Shown here one piece after another: positions 18,041 through 27,265 of a DNA stretch of 64,000 nucleotides. A program made the translations under genes and the position numbers. The notes below the pieces were generated by a model that saw only the letters and a list, made by a program, of their open reading frames with translations, was not told the origin of the DNA and made no database searches. Source of the stretch: a bacterium (GTDB lineage: Bacteria; UBA8248). The stretch covers positions 1,216,001 through 1,280,000 of the forward strand of contig OZ241326.1 of assembly GCA_965199855.1 (NCBI GenBank). The letters are read 5' to 3'. Position 1 is the first letter of the stretch. The number at the start of each line of letters is the position of its first letter.

Positions 18041-18424
18041 GTGACTTCCTGGCGCGTCCTGCTCGCGCATCCCCGTTACGAGCTGAAAAGGCGCGCCGGG
18101 CGCGAGGGGGCGCGCTTCGTCCTCGCGGGCGACGTGGACGGGGCGGCCGCCGCGCGGGCGCTCGACGCCGTGGAGCGGGAAGTCGCCGGGAAGCCGGAGG
18201 AGAGCCTCGCGCGCCTGGACCTGGAGGAGCTGGAGCTCGCCGACGGCGTCGCCGCCGCGCGCATGGTGGATCTCATTCGCCTTCTGCTGGACGCGGCGCG
18301 GCGGGTGGAGGTGCTCCGCTCCCCGCAGACGCTGGCGCACGCCCTCTATCGGACGGGAATGCTGGAGGGGGCCTCGAGGCTCGCGCTGGTCGAGCCGCGC
18401 CGGGAGGAAGGCGCCGCGAGCTGA
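18041..18424 (+). CDS. hypothetical protein (possibly STAS-like)
   Basis: codon usage matches genome; LAGDVD...LDLEELELAD pattern reminiscent of STAS. Confidence 0.55.
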   Translation: MTSWRVLLAHPRYELKRRAGREGARFVLAGDVDGAAAARALDAVEREVAGKPEESLARLDLEELELADGVAAARMVDLIRLLLDAARRVEVLRSPQTLAHALYRTGMLEGASRLALVEPRREEGAAS

Positions 18425-18481
18425 GCGTGAGCGCGCGGCCCGCGCCCTTCCGAATCGCCCTTGAAGCGCAGGGAGTCCCGC

Positions 18482-19366
18482 ATGAGTCCCGTATCCGCGA
18501 AAGACCCCTGGCCGAGAAAGCGCGCGCGCGTTCTCGACGCGGAGATGTCCTACCTGGAGGCGGGCGCGGGCGACCCCATCGTGCTCCTGCACGGGAACCC
18601 GACCACCTCCTATCTCTGGCGGAACGTGATTCCCCGACTGGAGCCCCTGGGGCGGTGCCTCGCCCCCGACCTGATGAACAGCGGCGCCTCGGACAACGTT
18701 CCGGGCGGGGGCTGCCGCTTCGGCGATCACGTTCCCTATCTGGATGCGTGGCTCGAGGCGGCGGGCGCCGTGGAGAACGTCTTTTTCATACTGCACGACT
18801 GGGGAGCGGCGCTGGGGTTCCACCGCGTCTCCCGGTATCCGGAGCAGGCCGCCGGCCTCGCCTACATGGAGGCGATGGTGCGGCCGCGCCTGTGGTCGGA
18901 CATGCCGGAGGATCGCGTCGCGCAATTCAAAAAAATGCGCGGGGCGGACGGCCTCTCGATGATCATGGAGACCAATTTTTTCGTGGAGACCATGCTGTTC
19001 GAGCGCGGCATCGTCCGCGAACTCGGCGAGGAGGAGAAGCGCGCCTACCGCGAACCCACTCTCGATCCGCAGAAGAGAAGGCAGACCCACCGGTGGGCCT
19101 GCGAGATTCCCTTCGAGGGCGAGCCCGCGGACAATTATGAAATCGTGAGGCGCTACGGCGATTTTCTTCGCGCGAGCGCGGATTTGCCCAAGCTCTTCAT
19201 CAACTGCGAGGAGGGCCACGCCCTGGCGGGGGCGGCGCGGGCGTTCTGCCGCGAATGGCCGAACCAGGAGGAGGTCTCCGTCCCCGCGCGCCACTACGCG
19301 CAGGAGGACTGCCCGGACGAGATCGGCCGCGCCCTCGCCCGCTTCATCCGCAAGACGAGGGGGTGA
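18482..19366 (+). CDS. dhaA: haloalkane dehalogenase (HLD-II)
   Basis: HGNPTTSYLWRN, HDWG nucleophile, YMEA, HYAQED. Confidence 0.9.
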   Translation: MSPVSAKDPWPRKRARVLDAEMSYLEAGAGDPIVLLHGNPTTSYLWRNVIPRLEPLGRCLAPDLMNSGASDNVPGGGCRFGDHVPYLDAWLEAAGAVENVFFILHDWGAALGFHRVSRYPEQAAGLAYMEAMVRPRLWSDMPEDRVAQFKKMRGADGLSMIMETNFFVETMLFERGIVRELGEEEKRAYREPTLDPQKRRQTHRWACEIPFEGEPADNYEIVRRYGDFLRASADLPKLFINCEEGHALAGAARAFCREWPNQEEVSVPARHYAQEDCPDEIGRALARFIRKTRG

Positions 19367-19379
19367 GGGGGAAGCATCA

Positions 19380-20441
19380 GTGAGGCGTTCGCGGAGGGGG
19401 GGCAGTTTCCGGCGGCTTCCCCGTCTTGTCCTTGTTGTTGCTTTTTGCGCTTTCCTGCCGAGCGGCGCCGTCTCCGGGGAGGACGATTCGGAGCGGGGCG
19501 GCGTCGCCGAGCCGCTGCGCATCGTCAACCTCCATCCGTTTCATCTCCTGTATGGGACGCCCGCCTCTTTCGGCGCCCGGATACTGGCGCCGGGCGCGTC
19601 GGAGCTGATCGTCTCTGCGGATATGGCTTCCTACCTGATTGAAGAGAGCGCCGGCATGGAGCGCGTCCTGCTTGACGGCGAGACCTACAGGCTGGCGCTC
19701 GCCCTGCGAAGCGGATTCCGAGATCGCTGGGAGTGGTTCGTCGAAGCGCCCCTCATCGCGCATCGCGCAGGCGCGTTCGACGGGTTCATCGAGAGCTGGC
19801 ATGGCTTTTTCGGCTTGCCGCAGGGCGGCAGGGACAAGGCGCCGCGCGACCGGCTGGCGCTCTTCTACGGGGATGAAGCCGGCGCCCGCGTCGATATCCG
19901 CGGAAGCGTCCTCTCGTTCGGGGACGTCAGCTTCGGAGTGGGCCATGCGCCGCCGCAGCGGCGCTCGTCGAATGATGGCGTGGCGATTCGGGCGAGCGTA
20001 AAGTTGCCGACTGGCGCGAAAGACGCCCTGGCCGGCTCCGGCGGCTTTTCGGTCTCGGTCTGGGCGGAAGCCTCGGGCGCGCTGCCCGGCGCGGCCGACT
20101 CGCGCAGGTGGCTCTACGCGGCGACTTTGGGAGCGCTCGCCGCCGAGGGGCCGCGGAATCTTCCGGGATTCGGCGGCGGACTCATCGCCTTCGGACGCTT
20201 CGGGGTGACCTGGAGACCCTTGGCGCGCCTCGCCCTGACGGCGCAGATGGACGTTAACTCCTCCCCCTACGGATCTTCCGGCGCGTCTTCGCTTTCCGAT
20301 CCGATCGTCATGCTGGGCATCGGCGGCGCGCTGCGGCTTTCCGCGCATACGACGCTTGAAGCCGCTCTCACGGAAGACGACGGCTCGAGGCTCGCCGCGC
20401 CCGACGTCGGCTTCCACTTCGCCCTGCGCCGGAGACTGTGA
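19380..20441 (+). CDS. DUF3187-like outer-membrane protein
   Basis: signal peptide, LLDGETYR, DGFIESWHGFFGLPQGGR, KLPTG, EDDG...APDVGF. Confidence 0.7.
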   Translation: MRRSRRGGSFRRLPRLVLVVAFCAFLPSGAVSGEDDSERGGVAEPLRIVNLHPFHLLYGTPASFGARILAPGASELIVSADMASYLIEESAGMERVLLDGETYRLALALRSGFRDRWEWFVEAPLIAHRAGAFDGFIESWHGFFGLPQGGRDKAPRDRLALFYGDEAGARVDIRGSVLSFGDVSFGVGHAPPQRRSSNDGVAIRASVKLPTGAKDALAGSGGFSVSVWAEASGALPGAADSRRWLYAATLGALAAEGPRNLPGFGGGLIAFGRFGVTWRPLARLALTAQMDVNSSPYGSSGASSLSDPIVMLGIGGALRLSAHTTLEAALTEDDGSRLAAPDVGFHFALRRRL

Positions 20442-20616
20442 AAGCGGGCCGGAATGAAAATCGCGGCGGGGAGTCCGGGCGCCGAGCCTTGCGCTCCCGC
20501 CGGCTTCGGCGCCGCGAGAAGGTTGTTTTCCGCTCTTCCGGGGACATCGATCGCCGTTCAACCCGGGCGCCGTCTCCCGTATAATGCCGGCGCCTCCGCC
20601 CACGAGGAGAGAGCCC

Positions 20617-21795
20617 ATGGTCGTCAAGGCGGTGCGGAAGGTTCCCTGGTTCGCCCGGTTTCCCGACAACTATCGCTGGTCGTTCATCGCCTCCATCGCG
20701 CTGATGCGCGTGGCGGGCGGGGGGGCGGACGTCGCCGAGATTTTCGAGGTCTGCCGCCGCCTGGAGGGAAGCGCGGGCGACGACGCCCGCTGGTTCGAGG
20801 AGTGGCGCCGCATGGGGGCGCGCGTCCGCGCGATGGGGATGGCGGCGGCGCGGCGCGGCCGCGGCCTCACGGCGGCGGGGTGCTTCTGCCGCTCGGCCGC
20901 CTATTACCAGACGGCCGACAGGTTCCGCTTCCCGAAGGACGCGGCCTCGCGGGCCGCCTACCGCAAGTCCATCGACGGCTTTCAGCGCTACGTCCGCCTG
21001 AACGACAGCCCCCGGGCGGAGATCGTGGAGATTCCCTTCGAGGGCGGCAAGAGCCTGCCCGCCTATTTCGTCCACGCGGAGCGCGCGCGCCGCTCGAAGC
21101 CGCCCGTGGTCGCGCTCTACACGGGCTTCGACGGCACGAAGGAGACGCCCATGATTCTCGCCGCGCGCGAGCTCGCCCGGCGCGGGATGAGCGTGGTGGT
21201 TCCCGACACGCCGGGGGTGGGCGAGGCCATCCGCTTCCGCAAGATCTATCTGCGGCACGACTACGAGGTCGCCGGCGCCGCGATTCTCGACTGGCTGGAG
21301 AAGCGCGGCGACGTGAACGCCCGGCGCGCGGGGATAATGGCATCGAGCCTGGGCGGATACTACGCCCCCCGAACCGCCGCCATGGAGCCGCGCTTCAGGG
21401 CGTGCGTCGCATGGGGCGCGGTGTGGGACTACCACGCCGTGTGGAAAAGGCGCATCGAGGCGGCCTTCCGGATTCAGCTGCCCTCGCCGGGGAATCATCT
21501 GGCGTGGAGCTTCAACGTGAAGACGCCGGAGGAGGGTCTGAAGCGGCTGGAGGGCTTCCGGCTGGACGGCGTGGCGCAGCGGATGCGCTGCCCCTTCCTG
21601 CTGGCGCACGGGGCGGACGACCAGCAGATTCCCGTGGAGGACGCGCGAAGGCTCTTCCGCGCGGCGGGCGCCAGGGACAAGACGCTCAAAATCTTCAGCG
21701 GGCGGGACGGCGGCGCCCAGCACTGCCACATGGACTACGCGGGCCCCGCCGTGGCCTTCATGGCCGACTGGATGGCCGAGAAGCTGGGCGCGTGA
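20617..21795 (+). CDS. alpha/beta hydrolase, 2,6-dihydroxypseudooxynicotine hydrolase-like
   Basis: GFDGTKE, DTPGVG, SSLGGYYAPR, HGADD, QHC. Confidence 0.8.
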   Translation: MVVKAVRKVPWFARFPDNYRWSFIASIALMRVAGGGADVAEIFEVCRRLEGSAGDDARWFEEWRRMGARVRAMGMAAARRGRGLTAAGCFCRSAAYYQTADRFRFPKDAASRAAYRKSIDGFQRYVRLNDSPRAEIVEIPFEGGKSLPAYFVHAERARRSKPPVVALYTGFDGTKETPMILAARELARRGMSVVVPDTPGVGEAIRFRKIYLRHDYEVAGAAILDWLEKRGDVNARRAGIMASSLGGYYAPRTAAMEPRFRACVAWGAVWDYHAVWKRRIEAAFRIQLPSPGNHLAWSFNVKTPEEGLKRLEGFRLDGVAQRMRCPFLLAHGADDQQIPVEDARRLFRAAGARDKTLKIFSGRDGGAQHCHMDYAGPAVAFMADWMAEKLGA

Positions 21796-21907
21796 GGGGC
21801 GCGGCGCGAAAGAGATTGACTTGTCCGGGGATGGCTGATTATCCTTCAGGAGGCCATCGCTGCGGCATCGGGAACGGCATGGAAATTCTGGGGTGAGAGG
21901 GGGCAGG

Positions 21908-22081
21908 ATGGACAGCGCCTGGATCGGCTTCCTGGTCGTGGCGCTGACGGTTCTCGGATCGAACGTATGGCTTCACAGGGACATAGCCTCTCTTCGGGAG
22001 CGCATAGCGACTCTCGAAGCGCGCATGTCGAGGCTGGAGGGAATCATCGAAGGGTTCATGGCGGGCCAGAAAACGGGATGA
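21908..22081 (+). CDS. small TM + coiled-coil protein
   Basis: GAGAGGGG RBS; hydrophobic N-terminus then LRERIATLEARMSRLEG heptads. Confidence 0.6.
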   Translation: MDSAWIGFLVVALTVLGSNVWLHRDIASLRERIATLEARMSRLEGIIEGFMAGQKTG

Positions 22082-22326
22082 GCCCGGTTGCGTAGGGACA
22101 TGGATCGCAAGCGAAGCGGGCGGGGCGGACGACGCCCTCCGCTTCCGTTCCCGACAGCCTGAAAGCGCGGCCTTGGCCGTCATGCGCCCCCATCCGCGCG
22201 GAAGCGCCTCGCGCGAAAGAAAGCCAAGGTCGGGGCGCGCCTCCGCTCCCTGAAAGCGCCCGGGCGTCGTTCCCCTTCCGCAACGTGATGGTCGGCCTTC
22301 TCGCGCCCGCCCGCGAGGGTTCTCGC

Positions 22327-23787
22327 ATGAAGCCCAACTTCAGAAACCGCACCCTGTGGACGGGGGACAACCTCGACATTATGCGGGGGATGAACTCGGG
22401 CGCGGCGGATTTGATCTACCTCGACCCTCCCTTCAACTCGAACCGGGACTACGCCGCCCCCATCGGCTCCGAAGCCGCGGGCGCCGCCTTCAAGGACACC
22501 TGGACGCTGAGCGACGTGGACGAGGCGTGGCACGGCGAGGTCGCCGAGCAGGACCCCGCGCTCTACCGCATCCTCGACGCCGCCGGCCACGCCCACGGCA
22601 GGGGCATGAAATCCTACCTCATCATGATGGCCGTGCGCCTGCTGGAAATGCGGCGGCTCCTGAAGCCCTCAGGCTCCATCTACCTGCACTGCGACCCCAC
22701 GGCGAGCCACTATCTCAAGACGCTGATGGACGCCGTGTTCGGGGCGAGGAACTTCCGAAGCGAGATTGTCTGGAAGCGCACTTCGAGCCATAACCGCGCC
22801 AAGCGGTGGGGGCCGATCCACGATACGATTCTGTTCTATTCGGCGGCGGGGAAATCCACCTGGAACCGCGTTTTGCAACCATTGGACGAGGGCTACGTCG
22901 AAAGATTCTATCGCTACGAAGACGACAGAGGGCGCTACCGGGTCGGCGATTTGACCGGGCCGGGATTGCGCGACGGCGACACCGGCCGGCCCTGGCGGGG
23001 AATCGACCCCTCGACCCGCAGCCGCCACTGGGAATTGCCGCCGGATCGCGCGTTGCCCGGCTGGTTCGTCTTCCCGGAAGGCTACTCGAAGTTGAGCGTA
23101 GGGGATCGCCTGGACGCGCTGGACGGACAGGGCTTGATCTACTGGCCGAAGAAGAAAGGCGGAATGCCCACCTTCAAGCGCTATCTGGGCGAGAACAGCG
23201 GCGCGCCCGTCCAGGACATGATCCTCGACATCAAGCCGCTTTCAGCCGCCGCCATGGAAAATGTGAGCTACCCCACCCAGAAGCCGCTCGCTTTGCTGGA
23301 GCGCGTCATCCGCGCGAGCTCGAACGAGGGCGACGTGGTGCTGGATCCGTTCTGCGGGTGCGCCACCGCCCTGGTCGCCGCCGAGCGGCTGGGCAGGGAG
23401 TGGGTCGGCATCGACCTCTCTCCGCTCGCCGCGAAGCTGGTGAAGTCGCGCCTGGAGAAGGAGATGCGCCTTTTCTACGACGTGCATCACCGGACGGACA
23501 TTCCGAGAAGGACGGACCTGGGCGAGCTGCCCAGCTACAAGACCCACAGGCACACGCTCTACGGCAGGCAGGAGGGCCTGTGCGCGGGCTGCCGCGTGAT
23601 GTTCCCCTTCCGCAACATGACGGTCGACCACGTCGTGCCGCGCGCGAGGGGCGGGAGCGACCACCTGGAGAACCTGCAGCTGCTCTGCGGCGCCTGCAAC
23701 GCCAAGAAGGGAACGCGCCCGCACGAGGCGCTCATCGCCGACCTGGAGCGGGAGGGGCTGCGCCAGCCCCCGCCCCCCCGCGCATGA
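22327..23787 (+). CDS. beta-class N6/N4 DNA methyltransferase fused to C-terminal HNH endonuclease
   Basis: IYLDPPF, YPTQKP, LDPFCGCAT; CAGC..VDHVVP..GG..HLENLQLLCGACN. Confidence 0.9.
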   Translation: MKPNFRNRTLWTGDNLDIMRGMNSGAADLIYLDPPFNSNRDYAAPIGSEAAGAAFKDTWTLSDVDEAWHGEVAEQDPALYRILDAAGHAHGRGMKSYLIMMAVRLLEMRRLLKPSGSIYLHCDPTASHYLKTLMDAVFGARNFRSEIVWKRTSSHNRAKRWGPIHDTILFYSAAGKSTWNRVLQPLDEGYVERFYRYEDDRGRYRVGDLTGPGLRDGDTGRPWRGIDPSTRSRHWELPPDRALPGWFVFPEGYSKLSVGDRLDALDGQGLIYWPKKKGGMPTFKRYLGENSGAPVQDMILDIKPLSAAAMENVSYPTQKPLALLERVIRASSNEGDVVLDPFCGCATALVAAERLGREWVGIDLSPLAAKLVKSRLEKEMRLFYDVHHRTDIPRRTDLGELPSYKTHRHTLYGRQEGLCAGCRVMFPFRNMTVDHVVPRARGGSDHLENLQLLCGACNAKKGTRPHEALIADLEREGLRQPPPPRA

Positions 23788-24611
23788 GCGCGCCCGCCTT
23801 CGAGACGTTGCTGTTCGAGACGCGCGGGCGGGTGGCCGTTCTGCGGCTGAACCGCCCGGAGCGGCTGAACGCCATGAACCGCGTCATGCTCCGGGAGCTG
23901 GGCGAGGCGTGCGACCGGGTGGAGGCGGACGACGCCGTATCCGTCCTCGTGCTCACGGGGGAGGGGACTTCCTTCTCCTCGGGCTTCGACCTGAAGGAGC
24001 AGGCGGAGGAGACGCCCGAGGGCTTCGCCGCGTGGCGGCGCGCGCTCAGGCAGGACTTCGACGCGGTGATGCGCTTCTGGAATCTCGCCAAGCCCACCGT
24101 CGCCGCCGTGCGGGGGCACGCCCTGGCGGGCGGCTGCGAGCTGGCGCTCGCCTGCGACCTCACCATCGCGGCGGAGGGCGCCGCGTTCGGCGAGCCCGAG
24201 CTCAAATTCGGGGCGGGCATCGTCGTGATGCTCCTGCCCTGGCTCACGAACCCCAAGGCGGCGAAGGAGATTCTCCTCACGGGGGAGGACGGCATCTCCG
24301 CGCGCGAGGCCCGGCGCCTGGGGCTGGTGAACCGGGTCGTCCCCGACGCGGAGCTGATGGAGGCGGCCATGTCCACGGCGCGGAGGATGGCGCGAATGGA
24401 CTTGAGCCTTCTCAGGGCGACCAAGGCGGCCGCCAACCGCGCCTTCGAGATCATGGGCATGGGGCGCGCGCTGGAGGCGGCCCTCGACATCGACCTCGCC
24501 ATCGAGGGGCGCGGCACGCCGGACAAGGCCCGCTTCCTCGAAATCGCCGGAAGCGAGGGCCTGCGCGCCGCCGTCGCCTGGCGCGACGCGAGGTTTCGGG
24601 ATTCGGAGTGA
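23784..24611 (+). CDS. enoyl-CoA hydratase/isomerase family protein
   Basis: LNRPERLNA, FSSGFDL, AGGCEL, FGEPE. Confidence 0.9.
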   Translation: MSAPAFETLLFETRGRVAVLRLNRPERLNAMNRVMLRELGEACDRVEADDAVSVLVLTGEGTSFSSGFDLKEQAEETPEGFAAWRRALRQDFDAVMRFWNLAKPTVAAVRGHALAGGCELALACDLTIAAEGAAFGEPELKFGAGIVVMLLPWLTNPKAAKEILLTGEDGISAREARRLGLVNRVVPDAELMEAAMSTARRMARMDLSLLRATKAAANRAFEIMGMGRALEAALDIDLAIEGRGTPDKARFLEIAGSEGLRAAVAWRDARFRDSE

Positions 24612-24685
24612 TCCTTGTTGTCTCTACGCATCTCGTAAGGTGCGCTGATTGCTGATACGGGCTTCTTTGGTTTAGGCTCCATTGT

Positions 24686-25285
24686 ATGGGGACTAATGAA
24701 TTAAGAAAGAGAGATGTATGGCAGGATATTGGTGGGGCAAGAGCGACTGCGGCCGCACGCTCTTTTTTTAGCGTATTTCAAAACAGTTTTCAGGGAACAA
24801 ACTTTAGAATTAGGGCGAATCCACAAGAATTCAGAACTGTTTATGTGAATTACCCTCTTTCAGATGAAACGCTATCCGAAATATACACCCCATCTGCTCC
24901 AATCAAAAGACATGGCATAGCGCCGGACTATGCAATCGAGCATATAGAGTCAGGGAAGGCTCTATATGTGGAAGTAAAAAGACAGGATGGTTGGGTAGAA
25001 GGCAAACCCAGAAGTGCGGGCAGAGGAAATGTTCACGAAAGGTGTTGTAGATACTTCACTCCGGGATTGCTAAAGATTTTACGCGAAAAAGGTAAGATAC
25101 ATGAAAGCGCCTTGCCTTTTTGGGCAGTCTTTCAGGGCGACATAACCAGAGACCCGTGCAGGGTAAGGGAAATTACTTGTTGGTTTGACATATACGCTAA
25201 TCATTGCTTCTTTTGGCGCGATATTAAAGACCCGACTCAGTTGATAGAGCATTTCGATCAAAACCTGAAACATCTTCTTTGTTAG
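24686..25285 (+). CDS. MunI-family type II restriction endonuclease
   Basis: GIAPDYAI..YVEVKRQDGWVEG..GRGNVHERCC..FTPGL..FQGDITRDP resembles R.MunI; AT-rich. Confidence 0.8.
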   Translation: MGTNELRKRDVWQDIGGARATAAARSFFSVFQNSFQGTNFRIRANPQEFRTVYVNYPLSDETLSEIYTPSAPIKRHGIAPDYAIEHIESGKALYVEVKRQDGWVEGKPRSAGRGNVHERCCRYFTPGLLKILREKGKIHESALPFWAVFQGDITRDPCRVREITCWFDIYANHCFFWRDIKDPTQLIEHFDQNLKHLLC

Positions 25286-25967
25286 CAATAGCGTTGTCGT
25301 GAAACGTCTCTAAACCCCAAGACTCCCAGCCGTTTCTTTTTGCTCTGGCAAACAGTTCGATTTTTTTCTGAGCGGGAAACATTTTTTCTATGTTTTCGGC
25401 TACTTGGATTGGTTTTTCGCTATGTCTTGCTCTTGGCGAGCTTATCAGCTGTTTGATGTTTCTAGCTCCCCTTGGCTTGGGTATTCGCCCTTTCTTGAAC
25501 AGGAGACACAATTCACAATAAGAAAGGGTGTATTGCCCCGGATTGTGCATCATTTTGTTCCATACGAACGCCACGGTTTTATATTCAAAACCCCAAGCAT
25601 TGCCAAGTTCCATGGCTTGTTGCAAATGCGGATTAGTTGTCCACAAAAATAAAAGGCTGTCATCTTCGGCTATCGAGGCTATGTTAAGTTTTTTCAATTC
25701 CGATGTTTTTATAGTTGGGTATTTGAACGAGGCGGCACTGACAAAAACATCTTTTCGCCACCCATCATTTTCTGCGATGGTTCCCGACTTATCAAATTGC
25801 AATTTCCCGTTATAGTGCCAAGGTGGATCGGCGTATAGAATTGAAAACTTTGAATCTGGCAATGGGGGGTAAATTTCCCCAAGAGTGTTTGTCTTCGTTT
25901 TTTTAATGACTTTTTCACCGTAGATGGCGTAACCAGACCTCACTTGTTTTGTGCTCGAACCTTTCAT
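25224..25967 (-). CDS. MT-A70 family adenine methyltransferase (M.MunI-like)
   Basis: ILYADPPW, LFLWTT, AWGFEY, HSEKP, IELFAR. Confidence 0.9.
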   Translation of the reverse strand: MKGSSTKQVRSGYAIYGEKVIKKTKTNTLGEIYPPLPDSKFSILYADPPWHYNGKLQFDKSGTIAENDGWRKDVFVSAASFKYPTIKTSELKKLNIASIAEDDSLLFLWTTNPHLQQAMELGNAWGFEYKTVAFVWNKMMHNPGQYTLSYCELCLLFKKGRIPKPRGARNIKQLISSPRARHSEKPIQVAENIEKMFPAQKKIELFARAKRNGWESWGLETFHDNAIANKEDVSGFDRNALSTESGL

Positions 25968-26115
25968 AATTCACCTCTTGTTGAAGGTTCAATGCTATGG
26001 CATCAGCTTATTCACATGCCCAATTTGCCAAACACCTTTGGCCTTAATTCGATAATATGTTTTATTGTATTTTTCTCCAACCCGATTTGTGCTAGCATAT
26101 TAGATGTCGGGGGAT

Positions 26116-26185
26116 TGGTGGAGCGCCGGGGAATCGAACCCCGCGAGCGTGGGCTCTAAAACCTGCCCGGGAACCTCCGCGCCCC
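26116..26185 (-). ncRNA. tRNA-like/tmRNA-TLD-like element with Ala acceptor stem
   Basis: GGGGCGC/GCGCTCC-ACCA acceptor with G3.U70; T arm CGGGG-TTCGATT-CCCCG; no D stem or canonical anticodon arm. Confidence 0.6.
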
Positions 26186-26294
26186 ATAAATCCCGCTTTG
26201 TCGCTTGCCGGCTCAGGGACGAACTGAAACCGGCTAGCGATTCGGCCCTACCCAGGAACGTTCTGGGTAGGGCTTCAAATCCCCGCCCACGCAA

Positions 26295-26323
26295 AACATA
26301 GCCCCTTGCGGGCTCCCTGTCAA
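26295..26323 (-). promoter_or_regulatory. sigma70 promoter upstream of tRNA-like element/MTase
   Basis: TTGACA-17 nt-TATGTT on minus strand. Confidence 0.6.
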
Positions 26324-26402
26324 GGCGCTAACGCTCATGTTGTCGATATTGTTGTTAAATTTTACCCACCAAATCAGTTAAGTTTTATTTTGTTGGCAGG
26401 GG

Positions 26403-26431
26403 TTGACAGGGGGAATGAAAACCCGTATCGT
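26403..26431 (+). promoter_or_regulatory. sigma70 promoter for 26456 gene
   Basis: TTGACA-17 nt-TATCGT, then GGAGGT RBS. Confidence 0.6.
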
Positions 26432-26455
26432 GGTGGAAGGGTGGGAGGTGTCGCT

Positions 26456-27265
26456 ATGAATAATGATGCAACAGAAGGTCCTAAAAAGAAGCGTGCTGGC
26501 CGGAGCCCGAGTTATCCTGTAATAGATATTCAAACAGCCTTGAAGCGCGCCCAAGAACTTTACGATCAAGCTCAGCATCACTATTCCCCGGTGGATATCG
26601 TGGCAAAACATTGGGGATATAATCCTGGAAGCGGATTGGCGGCTAGCACTATCGCGGCCCTGATAAGGTATGGGTTTCTGGTAGCTGAAGGTGCGGCGAA
26701 AGAGCGCAAAGTCCGCCTTACGGATTTTTCCCTCGATATAATCAGGGATAAAAGAAGGGCCTCTGCGGAGCGAGATCGGAGGATCATGGAGGCTGCATTA
26801 AGGCCGAAGATTCATGCTGAAATATATGAAATGTATGGATATGATTTGGTGTCAGATGCAGATCTCTTATATGAATTGGAGAGGAATAAGAACTTCACGC
26901 CTAGCGGAGCAAAAGAGTTTATCTCTCAATATAAACGGACATTGGAGTTCATAAAGGGCTTGGGGGTTGAAGAGACCTTCTCTGGCGAAGGCGCTGATGA
27001 ACAGCCAGTAAGCGCACTGCCAACAGAGCATCAAACCGATGAAACGGGTGGGGACATTCCTTCTCCTCCAAAAGGGGGGAATGTGCAAACAATAAAGATT
27101 CCCATGCTGGAAGGCGTGTGGCCCACTTTAACCGCACAATTCCCGATGAACAAAGAGGACTGGGATTATATGATAAAAGTCTTAACAACAATGGAACCAA
27201 AGTTGGTTAAAGCAGAACCCCAATTTCAAGAGGTTGCAACAGAAGGAGAGGCGGAGAATCCCTAG
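26456..27265 (+). CDS. hypothetical protein, probable winged-helix DNA-binding N-terminus
   Basis: RSPSYP..LKRAQELY..AKHWGY..IAALIRYGFL..RLT helical/wing pattern; AT-rich; RBS before ATG 26456. Confidence 0.7.
   Translation: MNNDATEGPKKKRAGRSPSYPVIDIQTALKRAQELYDQAQHHYSPVDIVAKHWGYNPGSGLAASTIAALIRYGFLVAEGAAKERKVRLTDFSLDIIRDKRRASAERDRRIMEAALRPKIHAEIYEMYGYDLVSDADLLYELERNKNFTPSGAKEFISQYKRTLEFIKGLGVEETFSGEGADEQPVSALPTEHQTDETGGDIPSPPKGGNVQTIKIPMLEGVWPTLTAQFPMNKEDWDYMIKVLTTMEPKLVKAEPQFQEVATEGEAENP

Noticed and set aside
26116-26185. Canonical tRNA or complete tmRNA
   Set aside because: No D stem or 7-nt anticodon loop; far too short for tmRNA and no tag-peptide frame found; kept as tRNA-like element instead.
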